64,000 bases of DNA from Bacteroidota bacterium (GTDB lineage: Bacteria > Bacteroidota > Bacteroidia > Bacteroidales > JAAYUG01), in contig JAKPTE010000010.1 in NCBI GenBank assembly GCA_029571215.1, forward strand, positions 28,431 to 92,430, read 5' to 3'. The notes under the pieces are model-generated. The model had not been told where the DNA came from. It was given only the letters and a program-made list of their open reading frames with translations, and made no database searches. Each line of letters starts with the position of its first letter. Position 1 is the stretch's first letter. The position numbers were made by a program, and so were the translations under genes. Below are positions 28,515 to 38,427 of the stretch, piece after piece.

Positions 28515-31500
28515 TTATTTGGTATTCAAATATTTTTTCAACAGGCCGATCAGTTTTTCCTGTTGAATGGGCTTGGAAATATAATCACTGCATCCGGCAT
28601 CAAGGCATTTCTGGCGGTCATCGTCAAATGCATTGGCACTTTGAGCTATTACGGGGATATGGGGAAATTCAGCCTTAATTTGGCGGGTAGCATCATACCC
28701 GTTCATTTCAGGTAACTGAATATCCATCAGCACCAGGGCGATTTCGGGATGCTTTTTTAAAAGCAGGAAGCCCTCAGAAGCTTTAGTTGCAGCCAAGGGT
28801 ACAATTCCGTGTTTTCGTAAAACTGTATCCAGGTATTTTGCGCTGAATTTGTCGTCTTCAATAATGAGAACAGTTATGTTATTCCATGTTTCAGCCATCG
28901 GGTGCACTGTTTTTTGTTCTTCCTTAATGTTATTTGCTTTTTCAAAAGGCAGGACCAGCGTGAATGTAGATCCTGTTCCCGGCCGGGATTCCAGCGTCAG
29001 TGTGCCACCCAGCAAGTCAGCCAATCCTTTTGATATGGCAAGGCCAAGGCCGGATCCTCCAAAGCGTCGTGTAGCAGAGGGATCAGCCTGCACAAACCGT
29101 TCAAAAATTATTTTCTGTTTTTCAGGCTGGATCCCTATTCCAGTATCACGCACATAAAAGTGCAAGTGACTGTTTTGTTGATAATAACCGAGCACAATTT
29201 CCCCATCTTCAGTAAATTTGATGGCATTTGATAAAAGATTCTGCAGAATCTGCTTGAGCCGCACAGGATCTGTCTGAATAATCAGACCCTTACATTCAGG
29301 GTCCTCTTCTACTCTGAAAACAACGCCCGGTTTTCCTTTCCGCACAGCGTCGGTAACAATTGCATTAAAAGTTTCATTTACCAGAGTCCGTATTTCAACA
29401 GGTTCGGGCAAGATAGTGAGTTGGCCTGCTTCGATACGAGAAATGTCAATGATATCATTTATCAGGTTGAGCAAGAGCTTCCCGTTCGAGTTGATCGCAG
29501 CTATATATTCTGCCTGTTCTTCCTTCGAAACGCCGGGCATTGAAAGCAGCTGGGTAAAGCCCAGAATACCGTTCATAGGAGTCCGGATTTCATGCGACAT
29601 GTTGGCGAGAAAGGCAGATTTTAGCTTGTCGGATTCTTCGGCTTTTTCTTTTGCCTTGATCAGTTCAATTTCCACCTGCCGTCGGTGCAGTGCAATGCCT
29701 GCCTGGAGGATAAATGTTTCAACAACCTGTTTGGCTTCGGTAATATTGCAGGAAGGTACCAGAAGGGCAACACTGCCAAGGAATTTGCCGTGATGTATAA
29801 TGGGAATACCGTAAATGATTCTGTTTCCGATAACTTTTTCAAAGGCATCTGTCTTTTCTTTCGGGAAAAGATAGAACATTACCTCGGCAAGGCCGCCCGG
29901 CAGGTAATGAAGCCGCTTGGAATATTTTTCCATCGAGGCAATGATTTCAGGGTTCAGCTGAAGTTGAAAACCCAGTGGTCCATGACCAAAAATCTCCTTA
30001 AAATCATCCTCGTATGGTTCAAATCCTGCGGCACTTTGAATGGTAAGAATACTGGTTTCCTCAGAGTAGGAAGAAATGGTAATTATACTTCCGGGTATCA
30101 TTTTATGAAGAGTCCGTACAGTATAATTATAGATTTCTTTCTCGTCCGGCAGGCTAAGAAGATCAAAAGCAGAATCACTTAAAAGTGCCTGTAGTTCAAG
30201 ATATCTTTTCTCTTTTTCCTCGGCAATTTTCCTTTCCGTAATATTGCGTACGTTCATTACAATCCCGCCAATGTTTTCGTTCATTAAGTGGTTAGAAAAT
30301 ATGGCCTCCACGTATATAAGATCTCCTTGTTTTCCAAGAATTCTGAATTCGGTGCTTACAGGGGTGGCAGGTTTTTCAATAATTCTATTGACAGCCGTTA
30401 GAAACAAATCTCGGTCAGCTGGTATCACGTATTCCAGAAAAGGAATTCTCTGCAATTCATTCAGTGAATATCCCGTGATTCTTTTTTCATCAGAGCTTTC
30501 GTAAATGACCGTTCCTTCTTTGTCGAGTATAATGATGGAATCGGAAGAATAGCGCAATAAATTCCGGAACCATTCTTCCTTTTGCCGCAGTTGTAATTCA
30601 AGTAATTTCTGTTCGGTAATGTCAATAGCTATTCCTGTTATGCCAAGGCAATTGCCATTTTCATCAAAAACGGGAGTTTTATAAATCTCTGTCCATTTGT
30701 CCACGCCATTTTTATGGCTCTTTTTCTCAAACCTCTGACGTTCTCCCTTGCAGATGGCTTCGTTGTCAGTAAGAGTAAAATAAGAAGCCCTGGCAGGGAA
30801 AAGTTCCTGATCGGTTTTCCCAATAACTTCATTTGCCGGAATTCCTCTATGGTCAACAAATGCCTTATTTACAGCAAGGTATCTTCCTTCAGCATCCTTC
30901 AGCCACACCATATGCGGGATATTATCCAGTATGGCTGTATGATGCGATTTCTGATTATGAATATATTCTTCAAGCTTTTTTCTTACCGTTATATCAGCAA
31001 AGATGTAGGTTTTTATCTCAGAACCATATGGGGCAAGAAGAATTTTTCTGATCCATACCCAGAGGATTTTTTCATTTCTGAGTTTCAGCCGGCATGAGAA
31101 TTCGGAGTTTTCGTCTGTTTCAAGAAAGGAAGTCAGTCCGCTCAGATCTCTTGCATCAGCTCTTTGAAGGAGCAAACTTCTCAATTCGCTGATTTCTTCA
31201 CCGGGAATACCAAAAAAATCTTTGAAGGCTTCATTGATAAAAATATACTTTTGGTGTTGCAGAACAGCAATAGGTTCTTTCAGCCGGGTAACCAGATTCA
31301 GCAGGATATCATTAACCGGCAGATTTCCGGAATAGTCTTCTCCGTTTTTTTTTCTGTGCGCAAGAACAATGGCTCCTGAAATTTCATTTTGTTTTGAAAG
31401 AGGCAATACAGTAAGAAAAATTTCAGATGTTGTGTCATTGGCTGTAATACGAGTTGACCGCGATTTTCCTTTCAGCATGGAATGATGAAGCAGAAGAAGT

Positions 31501-31724
31501 TCGGGGTAGGTGTCCAGGGGAAGGGTGTCGCCCGGAGAAATGACTTTGCCAAATAACAAACCGGAAAGTTCGTGCGAAGATGTACTTGAGCAGACGACCC
31601 TGCTGTTCTGATCAACGAGCCATACGGCGCAATCAGAATCGGAGAGATGGACATGACTTTTTTCATTATCATTTAAAAGGGCCGAAAGTGTAGTGGCGTT
31701 ATTCATATTCTGATGGTTGTCCAT
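28515..31724 (-). CDS. Soluble multi-PAS hybrid sensor histidine kinase/response regulator
   Basis: Has several PAS-like repeats, an H-box (SHEIRTPMNGILG), an HATPase core (GGSGLGLAIS) and a C-terminal receiver (LMDIQLPEMNG). No TM helix seen. Start trimmed to the ATG at 31724, because the longer track ORF overlaps the nupC-family gene. Confidence 0.88.
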   Translation of the reverse strand: MDNHQNMNNATTLSALLNDNEKSHVHLSDSDCAVWLVDQNSRVVCSSTSSHELSGLLFGKVISPGDTLPLDTYPELLLLHHSMLKGKSRSTRITANDTTSEIFLTVLPLSKQNEISGAIVLAHRKKNGEDYSGNLPVNDILLNLVTRLKEPIAVLQHQKYIFINEAFKDFFGIPGEEISELRSLLLQRADARDLSGLTSFLETDENSEFSCRLKLRNEKILWVWIRKILLAPYGSEIKTYIFADITVRKKLEEYIHNQKSHHTAILDNIPHMVWLKDAEGRYLAVNKAFVDHRGIPANEVIGKTDQELFPARASYFTLTDNEAICKGERQRFEKKSHKNGVDKWTEIYKTPVFDENGNCLGITGIAIDITEQKLLELQLRQKEEWFRNLLRYSSDSIIILDKEGTVIYESSDEKRITGYSLNELQRIPFLEYVIPADRDLFLTAVNRIIEKPATPVSTEFRILGKQGDLIYVEAIFSNHLMNENIGGIVMNVRNITERKIAEEKEKRYLELQALLSDSAFDLLSLPDEKEIYNYTVRTLHKMIPGSIITISSYSEETSILTIQSAAGFEPYEDDFKEIFGHGPLGFQLQLNPEIIASMEKYSKRLHYLPGGLAEVMFYLFPKEKTDAFEKVIGNRIIYGIPIIHHGKFLGSVALLVPSCNITEAKQVVETFILQAGIALHRRQVEIELIKAKEKAEESDKLKSAFLANMSHEIRTPMNGILGFTQLLSMPGVSKEEQAEYIAAINSNGKLLLNLINDIIDISRIEAGQLTILPEPVEIRTLVNETFNAIVTDAVRKGKPGVVFRVEEDPECKGLIIQTDPVRLKQILQNLLSNAIKFTEDGEIVLGYYQQNSHLHFYVRDTGIGIQPEKQKIIFERFVQADPSATRRFGGSGLGLAISKGLADLLGGTLTLESRPGTGSTFTLVLPFEKANNIKEEQKTVHPMAETWNNITVLIIEDDKFSAKYLDTVLRKHGIVPLAATKASEGFLLLKKHPEIALVLMDIQLPEMNGYDATRQIKAEFPHIPVIAQSANAFDDDRQKCLDAGCSDYISKPIQQEKLIGLLKKYLNTK

Positions 31725-31744
31725 AGGGCAGGTCAGGTTGTTAA

Positions 31745-33154
31745 TTATATGATCAGTCCTATCATGGCAGCTGAGAGCAGAGAGGTGATGGTGCCGGCAA
31801 TCATGGCTTTCAGTCCGAACCGGGACAATGGGATACGTTGTGAGGGGGCAATGGTACCAATTCCACCGATCTGAATTCCTACCGAGGCAAAGTTGGCAAA
31901 TCCGCAAAGAAAATAGGTTGCCATAACAATTGTTTTCTGTTCAAGAAAGGCACCGGCTTCCTTGAGCCGCATCAGATCGAGGTATCCGATGAATTCGGTC
32001 ATGATAATTTTTTGCCCGAGTAAACTTCCTGCCAGGGAGGCATCGTGGGGATTGATTCCCAGGAGCCACATAATCGGCTGGAATATTTTCCCCAATAAAT
32101 ATTGAAGGGAAAGATTTTCATAAAGACCCTCTGACGAAGCGGCGATCAGTTTATTTAATCCGGACCATTGTCCTGTTTTAAGAAGGATAAAATTGATAAG
32201 GGCAATAAAAGCGACAAAAACGATGAGCATGGCTGCGACACTGGCCGCCAGCCTCAGACCATCCATAGTACCTTTGGCAATAGCGTCGAGTGGATTATTG
32301 GCCTCCCATACACTGGAAACTTTGGTTGGCTCTGTTGCTCGGGGAGGTGCCGGAACCATGATGCGTGCTATTACAACAGCACCCGGGGCAGCCATCACGG
32401 AGGCGGCAAGAAGATGTTTTGCAAAGAACAGTCGCATTACCGGATCGGAACCACCAAGAAACCCAATGTAGGCTGCCATTACACCACCGGCAATGGTAGC
32501 CATTCCTGAGGTCATAACCAGAAAAAGCGCCGCTTTGTTGAGATTGTCCAGATAGGTTCTGATTAGCAGTGGAGCTTCATTTTGCCCGAGGAAAATATTT
32601 CCGGCCACAGCAAGGCCTTCTTCTCCCGATATTTGCATTGAACGCGAAAGAAGCCATCCCAGAAAACGAACAATTCTCTGAATGATTCCGAGATGGAACA
32701 ACAGGCTCATTAGGGCAGCAAAGAAAATAATCGTTGGTAATACCTGAAAAGCAAAGATAACACCAAATTTCGACTGGTCAGAGAGATTCCCAAAGACAAA
32801 ACGGCTGCCTTCAGCTGAAAAATCAATGATTTTAATAAAAATTTTACCTACAATTTCAAACACCCATTGCACGGGTGGGAGATACAAAACGGCCAGAGCA
32901 ATGAGAAACTGGAGTACGAGGCCTGATATTACAAGATTCCACCGGATCTGTTTTTTGCCGGATGACAAAAGCCAACTCAGAAACAGCAGAAGAAGAATAC
33001 CAGAAATTGTACGGAGAAGGATACCGATGGTTAAGGTACTGTTTTCTGCCTGTGAAGCAAGAACCGGAGAAGGGCTGGCAGCCTGAAGGGGCCGGAGGCT
33101 GAACAAAAATAATAAAATAAGTATAACCAAAAGTAAGCCCCTTGATCTGGTCAT
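31745..33154 (-). CDS. Concentrative nucleoside transporter (NupC/CNT family)
   Basis: 469-aa polytopic protein with CNT-typical segments (GNIFLGQNEAPLL, ...CGFANFASVGI...). Confidence 0.85.
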   Translation of the reverse strand: MTRSRGLLLVILILLFLFSLRPLQAASPSPVLASQAENSTLTIGILLRTISGILLLLFLSWLLSSGKKQIRWNLVISGLVLQFLIALAVLYLPPVQWVFEIVGKIFIKIIDFSAEGSRFVFGNLSDQSKFGVIFAFQVLPTIIFFAALMSLLFHLGIIQRIVRFLGWLLSRSMQISGEEGLAVAGNIFLGQNEAPLLIRTYLDNLNKAALFLVMTSGMATIAGGVMAAYIGFLGGSDPVMRLFFAKHLLAASVMAAPGAVVIARIMVPAPPRATEPTKVSSVWEANNPLDAIAKGTMDGLRLAASVAAMLIVFVAFIALINFILLKTGQWSGLNKLIAASSEGLYENLSLQYLLGKIFQPIMWLLGINPHDASLAGSLLGQKIIMTEFIGYLDLMRLKEAGAFLEQKTIVMATYFLCGFANFASVGIQIGGIGTIAPSQRIPLSRFGLKAMIAGTITSLLSAAMIGLII

Positions 33155-33155
33155 T

Positions 33156-33770
33156 TTATTTCTTTTTGCGACGGTTTATTTCGTCCCTGATGAGAGATGC
33201 TCTTTCGTAATTTTCATTTTTTATGGCTTCTTCAAGACTTTCCTGCAACTCTTCCAGATTCATATCGCGAAATTCTTCACTTTGAGGGGTCGGTTTTTCC
33301 TGTGGTACGTTTAGGTAATCCTCTTCGTTCTTTTCTTGTTCTTCGCTGGCTTCTTTGTTAATTTCGAGCTTAATACCTGCTCTGTTGATAACTTCTTCAG
33401 TAGTATAAATAGGGCAGTTGAATCGGAGGGCAAGGGCTACTGCATCCGAAGTCCGGGCATCCACAGTGATTTTTGTTTTTCCGTCATCGCAAAGGAGGTG
33501 GGAATAAAATACACCTTCTTCCAACTTATAAATTGTCACTTCCAGGATGTTTATCCGGTAGGCTAGGGCAAAATTCATAAACAGGTCGTGGGTCAGTGGT
33601 CTGGGTGGTTTGAGGCCTTCGAGCTGGATGGCAATTGATTGGGCTTCGAAGGCGCCAATGATAATCGGGATACGCCTGTCCCCGTTTTCTTCAGCAAGTA
33701 CCAGAGCATATGCTCCCGATTGCGTCTGACTATATGATATCCCCAAAACGTTTAAACGGATCCGTTTCAT
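33156..33770 (-). CDS. Bifunctional nuclease family protein with a C-terminal UVR motif
   Basis: The N-terminal 130 aa resemble the DNase/RNase (DUF151) family (RIPIIIG..EAQSIA...RPLTHDL). The C-terminus, LEEAIKNENYERASLIRDEI, is UvrB/C-like. Confidence 0.8.
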   Translation of the reverse strand: MKRIRLNVLGISYSQTQSGAYALVLAEENGDRRIPIIIGAFEAQSIAIQLEGLKPPRPLTHDLFMNFALAYRINILEVTIYKLEEGVFYSHLLCDDGKTKITVDARTSDAVALALRFNCPIYTTEEVINRAGIKLEINKEASEEQEKNEEDYLNVPQEKPTPQSEEFRDMNLEELQESLEEAIKNENYERASLIRDEINRRKKK

Positions 33771-33909
33771 TCCCTCGTCATTGTCAATGCTGATGACAAA
33801 TATAAGTATAAATTTCAGTCAGCCGAACAATTATAAACCGGGCATAATGAATTTTCGACTCGCCGGCTCCTGGCAGATTGCTCTTTTTACATACTGGAAA
33901 AACAATTTT

Positions 33910-33940
33910 TTTGCAGTTCATAATAACTTTACTATTTTTG
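33910..33940 (+). promoter_or_regulatory. Candidate Bacteroidota sigma-A promoter for rplU-rpmA
   Basis: A TTTG (33910-33913) lies 19 nt upstream of TATTTTTG (33933-33940), a TAnnTTTG match. The box is 32 nt upstream of the rplU ATG. Confidence 0.45.
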
Positions 33941-33972
33941 CACTCCCAAGTTGAAAATCAAATTCTTGTGAA

Positions 33973-34530
33973 ATGTACGCTATTGTTGATATTGCCGGAC
34001 AGCAGATGAAAGTTCAGAAGAACGGTAAACTGTTCGTAAACCGCCTTAAGGGTGAAGTAGGTTCCGAAGTTGAGTTTAACAAGGTACTTCTCATTGAAAA
34101 CGACGGAAAGGTCATTGTTGGCAACCCTGTTATTGAAGGTGCTGTTGTTTCAGCCAGAATCCTTGACCATCTGAAGGGTGATAAAGTGCTTATTTTCAAA
34201 AAGAAACGCAGAAAAGGCTATAAGGTGCTCAAAGGACACAGGCAGTATCTTACACAGATTGAAATAGAAGATATTCTTGAAAGTGGAAAGCCTAAGAAAG
34301 CCGCCCGGAAAGAAAAAACAACAAAGGTGGAAGAACCGGTGACCCAGCCTGAAGCAGAGTCAATTGCCCAGACACCGGTTGAGGAAACTGCTGCACCTGT
34401 TGTTAAAGCTCCGAAGAAAACGTCCCGAACCAAAACTCAGGCTCAGGAGACGGGCGAAACGGAAGCTGCGGCAAAACCTAAGGTAAAAAGGGCACCCAAG
34501 AAAACTGATGAAGAAAAATCAAACGAATAA
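33973..34530 (+). CDS. rplU: 50S ribosomal protein L21 with an ~83-aa Lys/Ala/Glu/Pro-rich C-terminal extension
   Basis: The first ~102 aa (MYAIVDIAGQQ.KV ... GHRQYLTQIEI) form the L21 core. The remainder is low-complexity and basic/acidic. Confidence 0.92.
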   Translation: MYAIVDIAGQQMKVQKNGKLFVNRLKGEVGSEVEFNKVLLIENDGKVIVGNPVIEGAVVSARILDHLKGDKVLIFKKKRRKGYKVLKGHRQYLTQIEIEDILESGKPKKAARKEKTTKVEEPVTQPEAESIAQTPVEETAAPVVKAPKKTSRTKTQAQETGETEAAAKPKVKRAPKKTDEEKSNE

Positions 34531-34554
34531 TAATCAGTTCTAAACTATACTGAT

Positions 34555-34815
34555 ATGGCACATAAAAAAGGCGCAGGCAGTTCCCGAAATGGCCGTGAAT
34601 CAGAAAGCAAACGGCTGGGAATTAAAATTTTCGGCGGACAGGTTGTGAAGGCAGGAAATATTATCGTACGGCAGAGAGGTACCGTGCATCATCCGGGACG
34701 GAATGTCGGTATGGGCAAGGATCATACCTTATTCGCCCTTGTTGACGGCAAGGTGGAATTCCGGAAGAGAGCCAAAGACCGTTCTTACGTTTCGGTAGTT
34801 CCTCTGAATGAATAA
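34555..34815 (+). CDS. rpmA: 50S ribosomal protein L27
   Basis: Shows [16 protein letters not shown]...[10 protein letters not shown], the canonical L27 sequence. Confidence 0.95.
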   Translation: MAHKKGAGSSRNGRESESKRLGIKIFGGQVVKAGNIIVRQRGTVHHPGRNVGMGKDHTLFALVDGKVEFRKRAKDRSYVSVVPLNE

Positions 34816-34845
34816 ACATTATGCGGGTTTTCCGCACTGTATTTT

Positions 34846-34886
34846 CTCCTGATATTTCCTGTTCCTCAGGTGTCAGGAGTTTTTTA
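34846..34886 (+). terminator. Rho-independent terminator after rpmA
   Basis: CTCCTGA (34846-34852) pairs with TCAGGAG (34873-34879), with an inner CCTG/CAGG pairing. It is followed by TTTTTT. Confidence 0.6.
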
Positions 34887-34901
34887 TTTATATAATCGGT
34901 T

Positions 34902-36176
34902 ATGTTGACACTAACAGTAATCAGGGAAAACCGGGATGAAGTCATCCGTCGGCTGGCAAAGAAAAAGTTTACCAATACAGCATTGATTGATCAGATAATT
35001 GCTCTTGATGATCAAAGAAGGTCTTTGCAGGTGCAAAGCGACCAGTTGCAGGCCGAATCAAACCGGTTATCAAAAGAAATAGGTATTCTGATAAAGAACG
35101 GAAATCCAGATGGAGCTCAGCAAGCCAAGGAGCGGACTGCACGCATCAAGGAGGAAGTGAAAAATCTGTTGGATCAGATGGACGAAGTAACCGCCAGGCT
35201 TCAGGAATTGTTGGTGCAGATACCCAACCTGCCGCATGATTCTGTTCCGGAAGGGGCCGGAGCTGAATCAAATGTGAAGGTAAAGGAAGGGGGTTTGATG
35301 CCTGTGCTTCCGGAAAATGCCTGGCCGCATTGGGATCTGGGAAAGAAGTATAATATCATCGATTTTGAAACCGGTACCAAACTCACAGGTGCTGGTTTCC
35401 CGCTGTTCCGTGCAAAAGGAGCTAAGCTGGAAAGGGCATTGATCAATTTCTTTCTTGATGAAGCCATTAAAGCCGGGTACCAGGAAGTGCTGCCTCCCCT
35501 GATGGTGAATGAAGACAGTGCATTTGCCACCGGTCAGCTTCCCGACAAGGAAGGACAGATGTATCAGGTACCTGTTGACAATCTTTATCTGATTCCAACG
35601 GCCGAGGTTCCTGTGACCAATATCTTTAGGGACGTGATTCTTGAAGCGGATGAGTTGCCGGTGAAAACAGTGGCCTATTCCCCTTGTTTCAGAAGAGAGG
35701 CGGGATCTTATGGCAAGGATGTGCGGGGGCTTAATCGTGTACACCAGTTTGACAAGGTGGAAATTGTTCAGATTGCCCATCCCGAAAAGTCATATCAGGC
35801 CCTGGACGAAATGGTGGCCCATGTCGAAATGCTGGTTAAGAAACTTCAACTCCCGTACCGGATCATGAAGCTTTGCGGGGGAGACATGAGCTTTACTTCG
35901 GCTCTAACCTATGACTTTGAAGTGTACGCTGCGGCACAAAAGAAATGGCTTGAGGTAAGTTCGGTTTCCAACTTTGAATCCTTTCAGGCCAATCGGCTGA
36001 AATTGAGGTTCAGGGAAAACGGAAGCAAGAAAACCCAGCTGGCCCATACACTCAACGGAAGTGCTTTGGCTTTACCCAGGATTGTGGCTGCCATTCTTGA
36101 AAACAATCAAACTGATCGCGGTATCGCCGTTCCCGCTGTGCTAATACCTTATACCGATTTTGAGTGGATCGACTAG
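34902..36176 (+). CDS. serS: Seryl-tRNA synthetase
   Basis: 424 aa with an N-terminal coiled-coil arm and class-II motifs (FRREAGS, GSALA...R). Confidence 0.96.
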   Translation: MLTLTVIRENRDEVIRRLAKKKFTNTALIDQIIALDDQRRSLQVQSDQLQAESNRLSKEIGILIKNGNPDGAQQAKERTARIKEEVKNLLDQMDEVTARLQELLVQIPNLPHDSVPEGAGAESNVKVKEGGLMPVLPENAWPHWDLGKKYNIIDFETGTKLTGAGFPLFRAKGAKLERALINFFLDEAIKAGYQEVLPPLMVNEDSAFATGQLPDKEGQMYQVPVDNLYLIPTAEVPVTNIFRDVILEADELPVKTVAYSPCFRREAGSYGKDVRGLNRVHQFDKVEIVQIAHPEKSYQALDEMVAHVEMLVKKLQLPYRIMKLCGGDMSFTSALTYDFEVYAAAQKKWLEVSSVSNFESFQANRLKLRFRENGSKKTQLAHTLNGSALALPRIVAAILENNQTDRGIAVPAVLIPYTDFEWID

Positions 36177-36210
36177 TGGCGGTCTTAATTATTAATGATA
36201 AATACCTGAT

Positions 36211-37101
36211 GTGATGCACCATCAGGCAAAAGCATACCTGTTTGCAGGGTTGACCATCCTGTTCTGGTCGACAGTGGCAACTGCTTTCAAAATTGCTTTG
36301 GGGTATATGGATTTCCCCGTCCTATTGCTTTACAGTTCCATTATTTCTCTTGTTGTTCTTTTTATCGTAGGCTCCTTTTCCAACGGGGTAGCGGGTTTGT
36401 TCCGGCAATCGGGGCAAAATTACTGGCATTCTGCTCTTCTGGGCTTTTTAAATCCTTTTCTGTACTATCTTATTCTTTTCAAGGCATATTCCCTTCTGCC
36501 GGCACAGGTGGCACAGCCATTAAATATGGTATGGCCTGTAATTCTATCGTTTTTGTCTGTTCCGTTTCTGAAAAATGCCATTACAATCCGAAGTTACCTG
36601 GCCCTGATCATTTGTTTTATTGGAGCTTTTTTGATTGCTACACGTGGCAATCTATCAGGCTTTCATATTCAGGATCCTGTCGGAGTAATTCTGGCCCTTG
36701 GCAGCTCCATTATATGGTCCTTCTTCTGGCTTTTCAATGTAAAAGATACCCGTCCTGAAGAAAGCAAGCTTTTTCTTAATTTTCTTTTTGCAACGCTCTA
36801 CATAGTGCTATTTACATTGCTGATGGGCCGTCTGGTATGGCCAGGCTGGAAGGGATTTCTGGCAGCCGCATACATTGGAATTTTTGAAATGGGAATCACT
36901 TTTGTATTCTGGCTGAAAGCCCTTCGTTATAGCCGTGCTCCTGACCAGATCAGTACGCTAATGTACCTGTTTCCTTTTCTCTCCCTCATTTTTATCCATT
37001 TTATCTTGGGCGAGTCCATTTTCTATACTACCTTTATAGGACTTGTACTGATTGTTACAGGTATTTTTGTTCAGAAATATCCCATACGAAAAAAGGCCTG
37101 A
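36211..37101 (+). CDS. DMT-superfamily (EamA-like) transporter
   Basis: About 10 TM helices in two EamA-like halves. Starts are a GTG at 36211 or an ATG at 36214. Confidence 0.8.
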   Translation: MMHHQAKAYLFAGLTILFWSTVATAFKIALGYMDFPVLLLYSSIISLVVLFIVGSFSNGVAGLFRQSGQNYWHSALLGFLNPFLYYLILFKAYSLLPAQVAQPLNMVWPVILSFLSVPFLKNAITIRSYLALIICFIGAFLIATRGNLSGFHIQDPVGVILALGSSIIWSFFWLFNVKDTRPEESKLFLNFLFATLYIVLFTLLMGRLVWPGWKGFLAAAYIGIFEMGITFVFWLKALRYSRAPDQISTLMYLFPFLSLIFIHFILGESIFYTTFIGLVLIVTGIFVQKYPIRKKA

Positions 37102-37105
37102 TCAA

Positions 37106-38419
37106 ATGAAAAAAACGGTTCATATTCGTTTTCTGTTGCCTGGCAGATGGCTTCTGTTGCTGATGCTTTTTGTTGTTCTTGTTTATTCCTGTAAAAAAGA
37201 GGAAGGGGAAGATCAGCCCACACAAACTGATCAATATCTCAGTGTGAAAAAAAAGATCTTTTCCGTAATGCAATACTGGTATTTATGGAATCATGATCTG
37301 CCAACAGTCAACAGTGCCAATTACAGCACTCCGGATGCGTTTCTGGATGCATTGCGCTACAAGAAAGACCGGTATAGTTTTATCATGGACAGGACGGAAT
37401 TCCTCAACTATTTCAACGAAGGAACGTATTATGGGCATGGGATCAGTATTGGTGCGGATGTAGAAGGCAACCTGCGCATTGTGTTTATTTATAACGATTC
37501 TCCCCTGAAGGCAGCCGGTGTGTCCAGGGGGTGGATTATCAAGAGCATAAACGGAACCCTTATACAACCGGGGGTGGATGTTACGGCCTTGCTAGGAAAA
37601 AATGAGGCAGGGGTGGAAAACACCTTTGTTTTCATTGATCTGCAGGGTCAGGAGCATACGGTTACTTCCGCCAAAAAGGCAGTAGCCATCAATTCTGTCT
37701 TGTACAAAGGGGTACTGCAGGCTGGAACAAAGAAAACCGGCTATCTGGTTTTTGAAACGTTTATAACTCCTTCGGTGGCAGAATTGGACAGCGCCTTTAA
37801 TTTCTTCCTTTCCGAAAATATTGACGAGATGATTGTTGATCTGCGGTACAACGGAGGAGGAGAAATGAACGTTGCCGTTCATTTGTCAGGGCTTCTTGCT
37901 TCTTCTGCAGCTGCCGGGAAAGTGCTTGTAAAAATGGAGCATAATACAGACCGTTCTTCCTATGACACCATTCTTACGGTCCCGAACAACGTGCAGTCGC
38001 CTGCTCTAAGTAGATTGTTCTATATTGCGGGCCGTGGTACGGCTTCAGCAAGTGAGGTGTTGATGAACGGACTCAGTCCCTGGATTCCGACGATTACTGC
38101 CGGTGACAGTACCTACGGGAAACCCGTTGGTATGTATGCTTTTGATTTCAAGCCCGACCCATATTTCTTTGTACCTATCTGTTTTAAGCTTACCAATGCC
38201 AATGGTTTTGGGGATTACTTTGACGGATTGCCAGCCGATTATTACGTAGGCGACGATCTGACCCATGATTTCGGCGATCCGGAGGAAGCAGAACTGAAAG
38301 CGGTGCTTACATATATTAGCGAAGGACACTGGCCTGTGACAAAGGCGGCACGAAAACCTGTTACCGGCTTCGGGTTCAACAAATTGAAAGGTATCCGTGC
38401 CGATTACAGGATTTTCTGA
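37106..38419 (+). CDS. S41-family (tail-specific-protease-like) peptidase, lipoprotein
   Basis: Start trimmed to MKKTVHIRF, giving a signal with a lipobox (VYSC). Has DLRYNGGG and GRGTASASE, the catalytic Ser region of S41. Confidence 0.85.
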   Translation: MKKTVHIRFLLPGRWLLLLMLFVVLVYSCKKEEGEDQPTQTDQYLSVKKKIFSVMQYWYLWNHDLPTVNSANYSTPDAFLDALRYKKDRYSFIMDRTEFLNYFNEGTYYGHGISIGADVEGNLRIVFIYNDSPLKAAGVSRGWIIKSINGTLIQPGVDVTALLGKNEAGVENTFVFIDLQGQEHTVTSAKKAVAINSVLYKGVLQAGTKKTGYLVFETFITPSVAELDSAFNFFLSENIDEMIVDLRYNGGGEMNVAVHLSGLLASSAAAGKVLVKMEHNTDRSSYDTILTVPNNVQSPALSRLFYIAGRGTASASEVLMNGLSPWIPTITAGDSTYGKPVGMYAFDFKPDPYFFVPICFKLTNANGFGDYFDGLPADYYVGDDLTHDFGDPEEAELKAVLTYISEGHWPVTKAARKPVTGFGFNKLKGIRADYRIF

Positions 38420-38427
38420 GATTCATT

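Noticed and set aside
35268-35780. 170-aa ORF on the minus strand
   Set aside because: It is an antisense shadow of serS.
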